Virus record (IMG/VR): IMGVR_UViG_3300001242_000018
Coordinates: 62,001 to 126,000 of that record
DNA: 64,000 bases
Origin: an uncultured virus (IMG/VR IMGVR_UViG_3300001242_000018)
Taxonomy: Duplodnaviria > Heunggongvirae > Uroviricota > Caudoviricetes
Direction: 5' to 3' (one strand)
The notes below the pieces were generated by a model, which saw only the letters and a list, made by a program, of their open reading frames with translations, had not been told where the DNA came from and did no database searches. The translations under genes were made by a program, and so were the position numbers. Every line of letters starts with the position of its first letter. The first letter of the stretch is position 1. Positions 48,504 through 56,054 of the stretch are shown here, piece by piece.

Positions 48504-48654
48504 ACATATTTATAAAGTGTATTACAATATCTAAGAAACTTAAGTCTTTAAATTCCCAAAATAATAATTCATTACATTCTATGCATGGAATTAATTCATA
48601 AAATTCTATATCGCAATTTCCATACAAACAAGTTGAACATGATTTCTTAGACAT
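48502..48654 (-). CDS. Small Cys-rich peptide (about 50 aa)
   Basis: AAGGTG SD, then MSKKSCSTCLYGNCDIEFYELIPCIECNELLFWEFK... Confidence 0.35.
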   Translation of the reverse strand: MSKKSCSTCLYGNCDIEFYELIPCIECNELLFWEFKDLSFLDIVIHFINM

Positions 48655-48675
48655 TATATCATCACCTTATATTAT

Positions 48676-48753
48676 TGGTATCGGTGGAGGGACTTGAACC
48701 CATCACTGGTACGGGCTTAAACCGTATGTCTCTGCCAATTGGACTACACCGAC
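48676..48753 (-). tRNA. tRNA-Leu(TAA) with a short variable arm
   Basis: GTCGGTG...CACCGAT-A-CCA; TACGG-TTTAAGC-CCGTA; variable region only about 5 nt. Confidence 0.8.
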
Positions 48754-48756
48754 ATG

Positions 48757-48870
48757 TGCTGCAATTTAGTGGACTACGTGTACTTCTTGAGGATAGATTC
48801 TCTAGTCCACTTTAATAAATAAACTAGAGAATCTATCCGAACAAGAAGCAGCGCCGCTTGCAGCTGCCAC
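48757..48870 (-). ncRNA. Structured RNA motif A, copy 2
   Basis: GTGGCAGCTGCAAGCGGCGC-[near-perfect long hairpin]-GTACACGTAGTCCACTAAATTGCAGCA. Confidence 0.7.
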
Positions 48871-48872
48871 AT

Positions 48873-48947
48873 TGGCAGGGAAAGCTGGATTCGAACCAGC
48901 AACATACGGATTAACAGTCCGCCGTTCTACCATTGAACTATATCCCT
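48873..48947 (-). tRNA. tRNA-Asn(GTT)
   Basis: AGGGA...TCCCT-G-CCA; GCGGA-CTGTTAA-TCCGT. Confidence 0.9.
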
Positions 48948-48949
48948 GT

Positions 48950-49031
48950 GTCATCCAGTGTGCCAGTCTTGGATTGCACCCTCCGGCACACTGGACATTG
49001 TTTGTGAGCACTGGACATCTGCCAACATCCA
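48950..49031 (-). ncRNA. Structured RNA motif B, copy 2
   Basis: TGGATGT-TGGCAG-ATGTCCA GTGCTCACAAACAAT GTCCAGTGTGCC-loop-AAGACT-GGCACACTGGAT GAC. Confidence 0.7.
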
Positions 49032-49042
49032 TTATTAAAAGC

Positions 49043-49204
49043 TAATAGGTAGATGAGAGATTGCAGTCTCTCATGATTTAGTAATCCCCTGCAGTAGAAT
49101 TACACAGTGTTGACTTCTGGAATTGAGATATACCACACCTTATACGCCATGTATAATATATCCCAGTGTATACCTTAGCCTTCGGTATAGCCCACTACCT
49201 ATTA
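49043..49204 (-). ncRNA. Candidate multibranch structured RNA 'C' (162 nt) at the head of the tRNA array
   Basis: Perfect 10-bp closing stem TAATAGGTAG/CTACCTATTA enclosing four arms. Confidence 0.6.
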
Positions 49205-49220
49205 ACATCTTCGACATTCC

Positions 49221-49466
49221 TTAACTATAACGAGCTATTGAAGCATTGGCCCAGAATACAGCCTCTTCAATCTTCTTTATAGCTTCGCGTTTATCCATGC
49301 TGTCAGGACATAATTCATTGATAAGTTCTGCGAAAGCCTTACCCATACCGCGAATCTCCTCATACTTCTGAGGCTGCTCTTCCGTAGGAGGATGATAGCT
49401 AAATCTTTTCTCGATTTCAACGTCAGGGATGCTCTTTAAGTCCTGAACTTTATTTGTATCATTCAT
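49221..49466 (-). CDS. Acb2/Tad1-like helical-hairpin protein (candidate anti-defence nucleotide sponge)
   Basis: 'FSYHPP...Q..KYE.IR......A..I.ELCPDS..K..A..K.EEAVFWANASIAR'. Confidence 0.55.
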   Translation of the reverse strand: MNDTNKVQDLKSIPDVEIEKRFSYHPPTEEQPQKYEEIRGMGKAFAELINELCPDSMDKREAIKKIEEAVFWANASIARYS

Positions 49467-49471
49467 ACTAA

Positions 49472-49777
49472 TCACTTCCTGCGTCGTTTATTATACCATT
49501 TTACAGGATTGTTAGATGTAAACTTTTCATAGCTAGGTTTCTCAAGAGGCATAGGTGCGAGTCTAGCATGCATCATAAGACCGATAGGATTGATATGCTC
49601 TTTTACTGTTAAAATACCGCCATCTATAATGTAATCTACGCTATTTTTAAGCTCTTTACCGTTTTCATCTACTATGCACAACCCGCTATAACCTGAGCAT
49701 TGGTTATTGCTAAAAGAATTCCTTACTCGGGTCTTAAATTCGATTATATCTTCTTTAAGAAGATTGGCAAAACTCAT
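49472..49777 (-). CDS. Hypothetical protein
   Basis: Likely start MSFANL after GGTG. Confidence 0.4.
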   Translation of the reverse strand: MSFANLLKEDIIEFKTRVRNSFSNNQCSGYSGLCIVDENGKELKNSVDYIIDGGILTVKEHINPIGLMMHARLAPMPLEKPSYEKFTSNNPVKWYNKRRRK

Positions 49778-49790
49778 CGTATCACCAACT

Positions 49791-50132
49791 TTACTCTGGC
49801 GGCGGAGGATCTTCTGGAGGTTCAAGGTCTGACTCTATCGGTTGAGGTAAGTCACGACATTCTTCCAATAGGTGAGAGTATATACCTTTGAGTCCCTTAC
49901 TAACAGTTCTTAGTTCCTCGCCAGCAGCCTGAAGTTTCTTTAATGCTTTATTGTGTAATAACATTGCTTGATGATCAAGTACATATATGTGGAATGTATT
50001 AATCTCTCGATAACCCCTACCTTCAGGGTCTAACATTCCGGGATACTTTACTAACGATTCGTACATTCCGAACTTGAGAATTTCAATCTCAACCATCATG
50101 TCTGTACGATTATGACGTGTCATAGCTTTCAT
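49791..50132 (-). CDS. Hypothetical protein
   Basis: GAGGTGG SD; Pro-rich tail. Confidence 0.5.
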   Translation of the reverse strand: MKAMTRHNRTDMMVEIEILKFGMYESLVKYPGMLDPEGRGYREINTFHIYVLDHQAMLLHNKALKKLQAAGEELRTVSKGLKGIYSHLLEECRDLPQPIESDLEPPEDPPPPE

Positions 50133-50169
50133 GGTACCACCTCATGAAGAGATGATACCATGTTACATG

Positions 50170-50427
50170 CTACATGTCAATACCCATTTCACTTATATAC
50201 TTCAAGTTCATCACGGTAGTAAGGATAGGGTAATAAAGACAAGTACCGCAATTTGCTATTATAGCATTAGTATATTGAGGTACTATTCTACCTTTACTAT
50301 CTTTTAATATCTTCTTGGGATTTAACTTCCAACTCTTACAACACCTATCCAAACCCATTACACGTACTTCATACTCGTTCGAGTCTAGCACGGTGTCCTG
50401 ATTAGAGCATGTATTATTTTCACACAT
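50170..50427 (-). CDS. Cys-rich hypothetical protein
   Basis: Overlaps the nrdD stop codon. Confidence 0.35.
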   Translation of the reverse strand: MCENNTCSNQDTVLDSNEYEVRVMGLDRCCKSWKLNPKKILKDSKGRIVPQYTNAIIANCGTCLYYPILTTVMNLKYISEMGIDM

Positions 50428-53400
50428 GAGGTATGCGATCTGTCTCTTCCGCTACTTTTGCGTCATTGAAGCGCTCAAGTGTTGAAATGTACCCTGTTAT
50501 TCTGCGAATCCTATCTATCTTATCTCTTTCTCCACATACAGGACAGGGTTCTCCATGTGGTATTATATTATTATGAGTACCACAGGACTTGCACAAATCT
50601 ACTGGATAATTAACAGCAGCGTAACCCATATCGCAAGCGGCCATGTGTAATACTATATTCTCAATAGCATCGATATTGTGTTGCGGCATACTTTCGAATT
50701 CAATGTAACTCATGTGGCCACCATTGCAATATTTATGGAATGGCCCCTCTATTGCTATTTTATCATAATAGCTAATAGGATAATCAACCGGTACATGATA
50801 ACTGTTTGTATAGTATTTCTTATCAGTCGCTCCGGGAATTGTCCCAAACTCTTCACGGTCAAGTTTGGTAAACCTACCCGATAAACCTTCTGCCGGAGTA
50901 GCAATAACAGAGAAGTTAAGGTCGTATTTCTCGCATGCTTCATCGGCTATCTTGCGAATATAAGATATAATTTTATGACCCAGGGCCAGTGCATTTGTAC
51001 TTTCAGCATGATACTTACCTACAAGTACTTTCAAACATTCAGCTAAACCAATAAAGCCTAGTGTAAGTGTACCATGCCTAGCAGCTAGATAGATACTATC
51101 TTCTGGATTTAATTTGTCAGCATCCCTGTATAAGTCTTGACCAATTAGGAAAGGAAAGTCTTTAGCCTTTAATGTACATATATATTCAAAACGATGCATG
51201 AGCTGCCGTACTATAAGGTTTAATACTTCATTATGCAATTCAAAGAAGTAACTTAACCTGGCATCTGTATCATCAGGATGCTTTAACATAGCCTTTATAG
51301 CTAGTCTGGGTAAATTCTCTGTGGTAAACCCTACGTTTCCTCTCTCAATTGTAGTAGATTCTCCATGACGGTCGGCTACTACACGGGTACGACAACCCAT
51401 ATAAGAGATATCTCCGTCTTTATTAAAACTACTGTCGCAGAATACCCAACTAGGATTGAGCCGTTTAGCTGAAACTTCCTGTGCCAAACGAAATAGGTGA
51501 TAGTACGGATCCGACTTATGCATATTAACGCCGCTCTTAATCTTAAAGCAAACGTTAGGAAATATCGGTTGCTCGCCATTCCCTAAACCGGCTTTAAAAG
51601 CTCTTAAGAACCATTCACAGATCTTAGCAGCATCGGGACTTTGCACATTACCTATGTTGATAGAAGAGAAAGGGATCTGCCCCCCTCCCCTGCTGTTATG
51701 AACGAAGATACACTCGGCTGTCAAGAATGTTTCATTATCTTCTACAGATAAATCGTAGACGTATTCATCACCACTGTTAGACTCAAGACATTGATTAATA
51801 GAAACGGGGAATACGTTAGTAGCGGCCCCGAGTCGTTTGTCTGTCATAGCATATATATCTATTTCATGGGGCTTAATCTTCTTATACTGGATTAGCTTAT
51901 TGTTTTCTTTGATTAGAGATTTCAGAAATTCGTAGTCGTAATGCTTTTGTTCATACATAACCTTACAACCAAACTCTAATCCTAATCTATTCTCCGCAAT
52001 TCCACTAATAGATATCTCATAATTGAGTGATGTACCGTAATTCGAACTGGTAGTTCTCTCGGCTATATGAGGAAGCTCACGCAACCTTAAAAGCATGAGA
52101 TTTAACTCATTGCGTAATCTCTTACTTACAGTGGTAGCTATAATATAGTTCTCTTTAATACTACCGTCACATTTGAAGTACCCATTAAGGAATGATATAA
52201 GTACTTCATCTTCTGCAAACAAGATCTCTACAGGAATATGTTTAGTATAAGCGTCATAGCCGAACTTGTCTTTAAACATATCGGCCCATACCTTACCTAC
52301 ATTAAACCGTATATCCTTCGGTTTACCGATAGGTGTAGGATAACGATTATAAGTAATATTCTCTCCATAACATTGCTGCATAAGAGAGATTAACTCATCT
52401 TCTTTATTAGTAGAACATACTGTAAAGCAGAGTTGAGATCCTCCTACTACACTACCTTCAGCCACATAATAACCAGCTATCTTGGCAAACTCCATAGTTA
52501 CTACAATATGATCATCTAAGTAGTTTTGAACTTTTCGTGAATGATAATGATCTAAACCGATATCGCCTCTAACCGGTGGGAGATCGATACCTCTTGGAGA
52601 TAAAACATGATTCAATGTTTCTGGGAACCTGCCAGTTACATTACCGTAGTCATCCATACACATAGTAACATGATTATCGGTAGTAGTATTTTTCCTACCT
52701 TCATTGTCAATAAGAGTAATAAGTCTACGGTTATTATCTTTCTTACTGACACTTGTAATATACTTCATCTCTGCCTTACCAGTCACATGGTTAAGACTGA
52801 TAGTTTGATACCGATTGGGTTCAAAGATTTCAGCCAATTTGCCAATAGCTATCTGTAAGAGTTCTTCTTCGACAGTATCGTATATCCAAATCTCCTGACT
52901 ATACGGCAAGCAATGCATCGTGTTAAGGTTATAGATTAAAGCCTCCATAGCTTGGAATCCTTTATGATCGAGTATTCTTTCTACCTGAGTATCAATGGCT
53001 TCCGGATCTAATTCGTTAAAGTTCTTACCTGTAAGTTCTACGCCATACCGTAAATCACGACGTATCTTCTCCCGTTGTTGCTCCATTATTCCGGTCGCGA
53101 CGAACTGATTATCGAAATCCGGATAACTTTGACCGCCGTACATCTCATTCTGATTTGCCTGGATAATTATGCTCGCATGCATAGCAGCGGTCTTTAAGCT
53201 ACGGGCTGGACGGATAAAGCCATGGCCGGTATTAAATCCATGAGCAGCTAGTTTCTCATAAGGTATTTGACAGCAATTGAGTCCTTTGCCATACCAAGCT
53301 TTATCATGGATATGGATGTCTCCATTATCATGTGCCTCACTAAACTCTCGAGGTATTACTCTCTTACCGTAAAAATACCCAGATGCGGCTTCGGATATCT

Positions 53401-53785
53401 GAAGTACCTTACCAGCCATAGTGGGCCCTACATTAGCATTATCCTTTGTAGCTTCTCGGTCGATATCCCGGATTACATCCATTAGATCATCCTTACCTTC
53501 GCGTAGGGCAGCTCGTCGTTCTCTATATACGGCATATCTTCTAGATACTTTCCAGTATCCTGCGACGCAAAGAGTCTGCTCAACAACGTCCTGGATGGTT
53601 TCTATATCAATGATCTTTTCATCCGGCAATTGTTCAATTACCTTACTTATTAATAACGTAAGACATTGATCTTCATAAGGTATCTCACTGGCAATAAAAG
53701 CTTTCTGTATTGCCATACGAATTTTCTCAGGATACCATTCTGCTAGTGTTTCACCATCACGTTTACGTACATAAGGTGTTGACAC
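50420..53785 (-). CDS. nrdD: Anaerobic (class III) ribonucleotide reductase with ATP cone and intein
   Basis: ATP cone 'VRKRDG....W...KI..AI.KAF', 'AHDNGDIHIHD', 'NCCQI', 'SYMGCRT', 'ATPAEGLSGRF', 'YYTNS', CxxC..CxxC, 'RRITGY'. Confidence 0.95.
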   Translation of the reverse strand: MSTPYVRKRDGETLAEWYPEKIRMAIQKAFIASEIPYEDQCLTLLISKVIEQLPDEKIIDIETIQDVVEQTLCVAGYWKVSRRYAVYRERRAALREGKDDLMDVIRDIDREATKDNANVGPTMAGKVLQISEAASGYFYGKRVIPREFSEAHDNGDIHIHDKAWYGKGLNCCQIPYEKLAAHGFNTGHGFIRPARSLKTAAMHASIIIQANQNEMYGGQSYPDFDNQFVATGIMEQQREKIRRDLRYGVELTGKNFNELDPEAIDTQVERILDHKGFQAMEALIYNLNTMHCLPYSQEIWIYDTVEEELLQIAIGKLAEIFEPNRYQTISLNHVTGKAEMKYITSVSKKDNNRRLITLIDNEGRKNTTTDNHVTMCMDDYGNVTGRFPETLNHVLSPRGIDLPPVRGDIGLDHYHSRKVQNYLDDHIVVTMEFAKIAGYYVAEGSVVGGSQLCFTVCSTNKEDELISLMQQCYGENITYNRYPTPIGKPKDIRFNVGKVWADMFKDKFGYDAYTKHIPVEILFAEDEVLISFLNGYFKCDGSIKENYIIATTVSKRLRNELNLMLLRLRELPHIAERTTSSNYGTSLNYEISISGIAENRLGLEFGCKVMYEQKHYDYEFLKSLIKENNKLIQYKKIKPHEIDIYAMTDKRLGAATNVFPVSINQCLESNSGDEYVYDLSVEDNETFLTAECIFVHNSRGGGQIPFSSINIGNVQSPDAAKICEWFLRAFKAGLGNGEQPIFPNVCFKIKSGVNMHKSDPYYHLFRLAQEVSAKRLNPSWVFCDSSFNKDGDISYMGCRTRVVADRHGESTTIERGNVGFTTENLPRLAIKAMLKHPDDTDARLSYFFELHNEVLNLIVRQLMHRFEYICTLKAKDFPFLIGQDLYRDADKLNPEDSIYLAARHGTLTLGFIGLAECLKVLVGKYHAESTNALALGHKIISYIRKIADEACEKYDLNFSVIATPAEGLSGRFTKLDREEFGTIPGATDKKYYTNSYHVPVDYPISYYDKIAIEGPFHKYCNGGHMSYIEFESMPQHNIDAIENIVLHMAACDMGYAAVNYPVDLCKSCGTHNNIIPHGEPCPVCGERDKIDRIRRITGYISTLERFNDAKVAEETDRIPHV
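51695..52912 (-). mobile_element. Intein (406 aa) with LAGLIDADG homing endonuclease in NrdD
   Basis: LNTMH|CLPYSQ...TTTDNH...IAGYYVAEGS...FLNGYFKCDGS...YVYDLSV...IFVHN|SRGGGQ. Confidence 0.93.
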
Positions 53786-53786
53786 A

Positions 53787-54404
53787 TTAATCGCTCTCCT
53801 TCTCATGTTGCATACTGACAGTATCGCGAAGGATTTGCAGTTCTCGCATTGTTATCTTTAACTGCTCCCTGGAGTTAAACAGTTCATTCTTTAGATACTT
53901 AATCATCTGAACCATCTCTGCAATGGTATCGAATTTAGAGAATGAGTACAAATCATCTGTATCTTTAAGTTTGAAGTTAACTACCGGGAACTTGCCCCTA
54001 CCCTTACACTCTGCAATAGCCTTATCAAGCCATCCTTTTTCTATTGTTATAGATAACTTTCCTCCACCTGTAATTATAGGTTTTCTTTCTTTAGTCTCAT
54101 TAAATATCACATCATCCAGAAAATCTCCTGGACGATGTGTTTGATTTCCGGAACCGGGGTTAATCTTAGCCTCCATCTCTACGGCGCTAGGCATAGCATT
54201 TACAGTTAATGTACCTTGAGTTTCGGCATTACGCCAGGATGGATTATTCCTGGCGATTTGTGAGTTATTAAAGTGTCCGGCTTTCTTACGACGTTGGTTA
54301 CGTACCTTATCTTCAGGTAATCTTAAAAGATCTTTATTCATGCACCTGTAGCACGAATTCTTAGCCCCGCTTAAACAACGTCCATAGAATTCGCATTCAG
54401 ACAT
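53787..54404 (-). CDS. PD-(D/E)XK nuclease, Hjc-type Holliday junction resolvase-like
   Basis: 'NPGSGN....PGD......ETK......SITI.K.WLDK...E'. Confidence 0.6.
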   Translation of the reverse strand: MSECEFYGRCLSGAKNSCYRCMNKDLLRLPEDKVRNQRRKKAGHFNNSQIARNNPSWRNAETQGTLTVNAMPSAVEMEAKINPGSGNQTHRPGDFLDDVIFNETKERKPIITGGGKLSITIEKGWLDKAIAECKGRGKFPVVNFKLKDTDDLYSFSKFDTIAEMVQMIKYLKNELFNSREQLKITMRELQILRDTVSMQHEKESD

Positions 54405-54405
54405 A

Positions 54406-54996
54406 TTAATACGGTTGCCTAGGTTCCGGCAAAACTATATTAGGAATTTCAATACGATCAAGAGGAGGTTGTGGATAGTTATTGTTATCTATTATATTAG
54501 CAGCACCACGACCAGGTCTATTCATTAATAACTCTGCATCCATCTTTAAACATGCGACGTCTGTAATGAGTCTGTCAGCTTTCTCTTTTAAGATATCGAC
54601 TACGGCCTCGATAAATACATGTCGCTCTTCTGCTATATTCATGGCAATATAAATATCGATATTATAACCCGGCAAATGAGTCCTCTTGATATAGTCGATA
54701 CACCAGGCGTCTCTTTCCTTTTCATTAGATGGTTTTAACTCTTTCGGAATAGCAGGATCGGACACCATTTGTTTGAGGTTAAGACCTACCATTTTCTCAT
54801 AGTTCTTAATATCGCGTTTAACCCTATCGTAGGTGCGCTTGGTCTTAGCTAAATCGATTCTAGCCTCTGCATATAAGGGATCGATTTCTGCCTGGATGGC
54901 TATAATCTGCTGCGGTGTCACGTCAGGCGGAATAACAATTGCGGTAACCCTCGCTTGATACGATTTTTCTTTAGCTTTCCATTCATCTTGCGTCAT
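54406..54996 (-). CDS. Coiled-coil protein (possibly UvsY-like)
   Basis: Long helical segments and 'SNEKERDA'; AAGGAGG SD. Confidence 0.4.
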   Translation of the reverse strand: MTQDEWKAKEKSYQARVTAIVIPPDVTPQQIIAIQAEIDPLYAEARIDLAKTKRTYDRVKRDIKNYEKMVGLNLKQMVSDPAIPKELKPSNEKERDAWCIDYIKRTHLPGYNIDIYIAMNIAEERHVFIEAVVDILKEKADRLITDVACLKMDAELLMNRPGRGAANIIDNNNYPQPPLDRIEIPNIVLPEPRQPY

Positions 54997-55076
54997 TCAC
55001 TTGACCTCCTTAATTCATAATACCCTTTTATATATCCCCGTTGCTCATTGTAACATAACACTGTCACATGGGTACA

Positions 55077-55304
55077 TTATTTCAATACCTCTTTAATTCG
55101 CTGCATACCCTCTGCCATTTGGGGATTTGTTTCCTTTACAATGGCTAATTCTTTATCTATGAGTGCATGAATCTTAGTAATACTCAGGCCAATGGGGTGC
55201 TGTGCTATACAGACGCTACAAGAGCATCCCAAGCAATCTTTACTTTCGCCACGAATATCCATCTCTTCACAAAGTGCAGCATCCTTCTCTTGTTCTGGGG
55301 TCAT
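55077..55304 (-). CDS. Small Cys-containing hypothetical protein
   Basis: 'CLGCSCSVC'; AAGGA SD. Confidence 0.5.
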   Translation of the reverse strand: MTPEQEKDAALCEEMDIRGESKDCLGCSCSVCIAQHPIGLSITKIHALIDKELAIVKETNPQMAEGMQRIKEVLK

Positions 55305-55430
55305 TTAGATTCCTTCTTTCGTTATAAGTTGTAGTATGTCTCACCGAGACATGTTTTATACTCGTGTATAAATTAAATTATAGACTCAATTAGATAGTCC
55401 GTCATATCGATATAGATTTCCTTTATATAA

Positions 55431-55459
55431 AAGCAAAAGCAACCAGTTTTGGTTGCTTT
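55431..55459 (-). terminator. Intrinsic terminator
   Basis: AAAGCAACCA-AAAC-TGGTTGCTTT followed by T-rich sequence on the minus strand. Confidence 0.65.
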
Positions 55460-55952
55460 AAAGTATAGTTCTATAATCTTTATGAGGTCTGCTAAGTATT
55501 ATACTCTCTAGAGTATCGCTAACAGGAGTTACGCTCATAACCCTACTACGTAACTCGTTGTATCGATCAAGCTCTAACTTTAAACGTTTAATTGTATTAT
55601 GACAGTTATTTATATGATCGACGAGTCCCTGGGTTAATTCGTTGTTATCTTTTACATCATTACATAATCGACTACCTTTGGTTAGTAATGATGTATCTAT
55701 AAGCTCTCCGTTGTAGATAATTGTACTTGGTTCTGCAGCTTTACTACTTTTTTGTATCTCAATAACTCCGTCAGCTTGGAGTTTCTTGAGAGCTCTATGT
55801 AGAGTAGTGGCGGAATACTTGAGACGTTCTGCAATATCTTGTAAGCTCATTGTACACTTACGATTCCATGTATTGAGCTGTAGAAAGGTTATTATATCAT
55901 CAAGCGCTCTTTGGCTTACATAATGTGTTGGTGGTGTCGACATACGTTTCAC
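55458..55952 (-). CDS. Winged-HTH regulator with C-terminal coiled coil
   Basis: 'SLQDIAERLKYSATTLHRALKKLQADGVI'. Confidence 0.7.
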   Translation of the reverse strand: MKRMSTPPTHYVSQRALDDIITFLQLNTWNRKCTMSLQDIAERLKYSATTLHRALKKLQADGVIEIQKSSKAAEPSTIIYNGELIDTSLLTKGSRLCNDVKDNNELTQGLVDHINNCHNTIKRLKLELDRYNELRSRVMSVTPVSDTLESIILSRPHKDYRTIL

Positions 55953-55970
55953 CTCTATTCCATATCATAT

Positions 55971-55999
55971 ATTATAACTATTGTATTCCACATTGTCAA
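55971..55999 (-). promoter_or_regulatory. Consensus sigma-A promoter
   Basis: TTGACA-17 nt-TATAAT on the minus strand, upstream of the wHTH gene. Confidence 0.85.
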
Positions 56000-56054
56000 T
56001 CAATATGAATATATAGTAGTTCATAATGTAATATAGAATAGAAATATTAGCTAA

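Noticed and set aside
47106..48870. Motif A as a canonical HDV-like (theta) ribozyme
   Set aside because: The helix order lacks P3/L3 before the P1 3' strand and has no P1.1 GG or P4 after it; only the ACTAA element is similar
47106..49031. Motifs A and B as a CRISPR array or mini-array
   Set aside because: Only two copies each, separated by tRNAs, with internal hairpins instead of repeat-spacer periodicity; no cas operon in the window
48802..49032. 76-aa minus-strand ORF (also the plus-strand ORF 47368-47556)
   Set aside because: They overlap clear tRNA genes and structured RNA motifs
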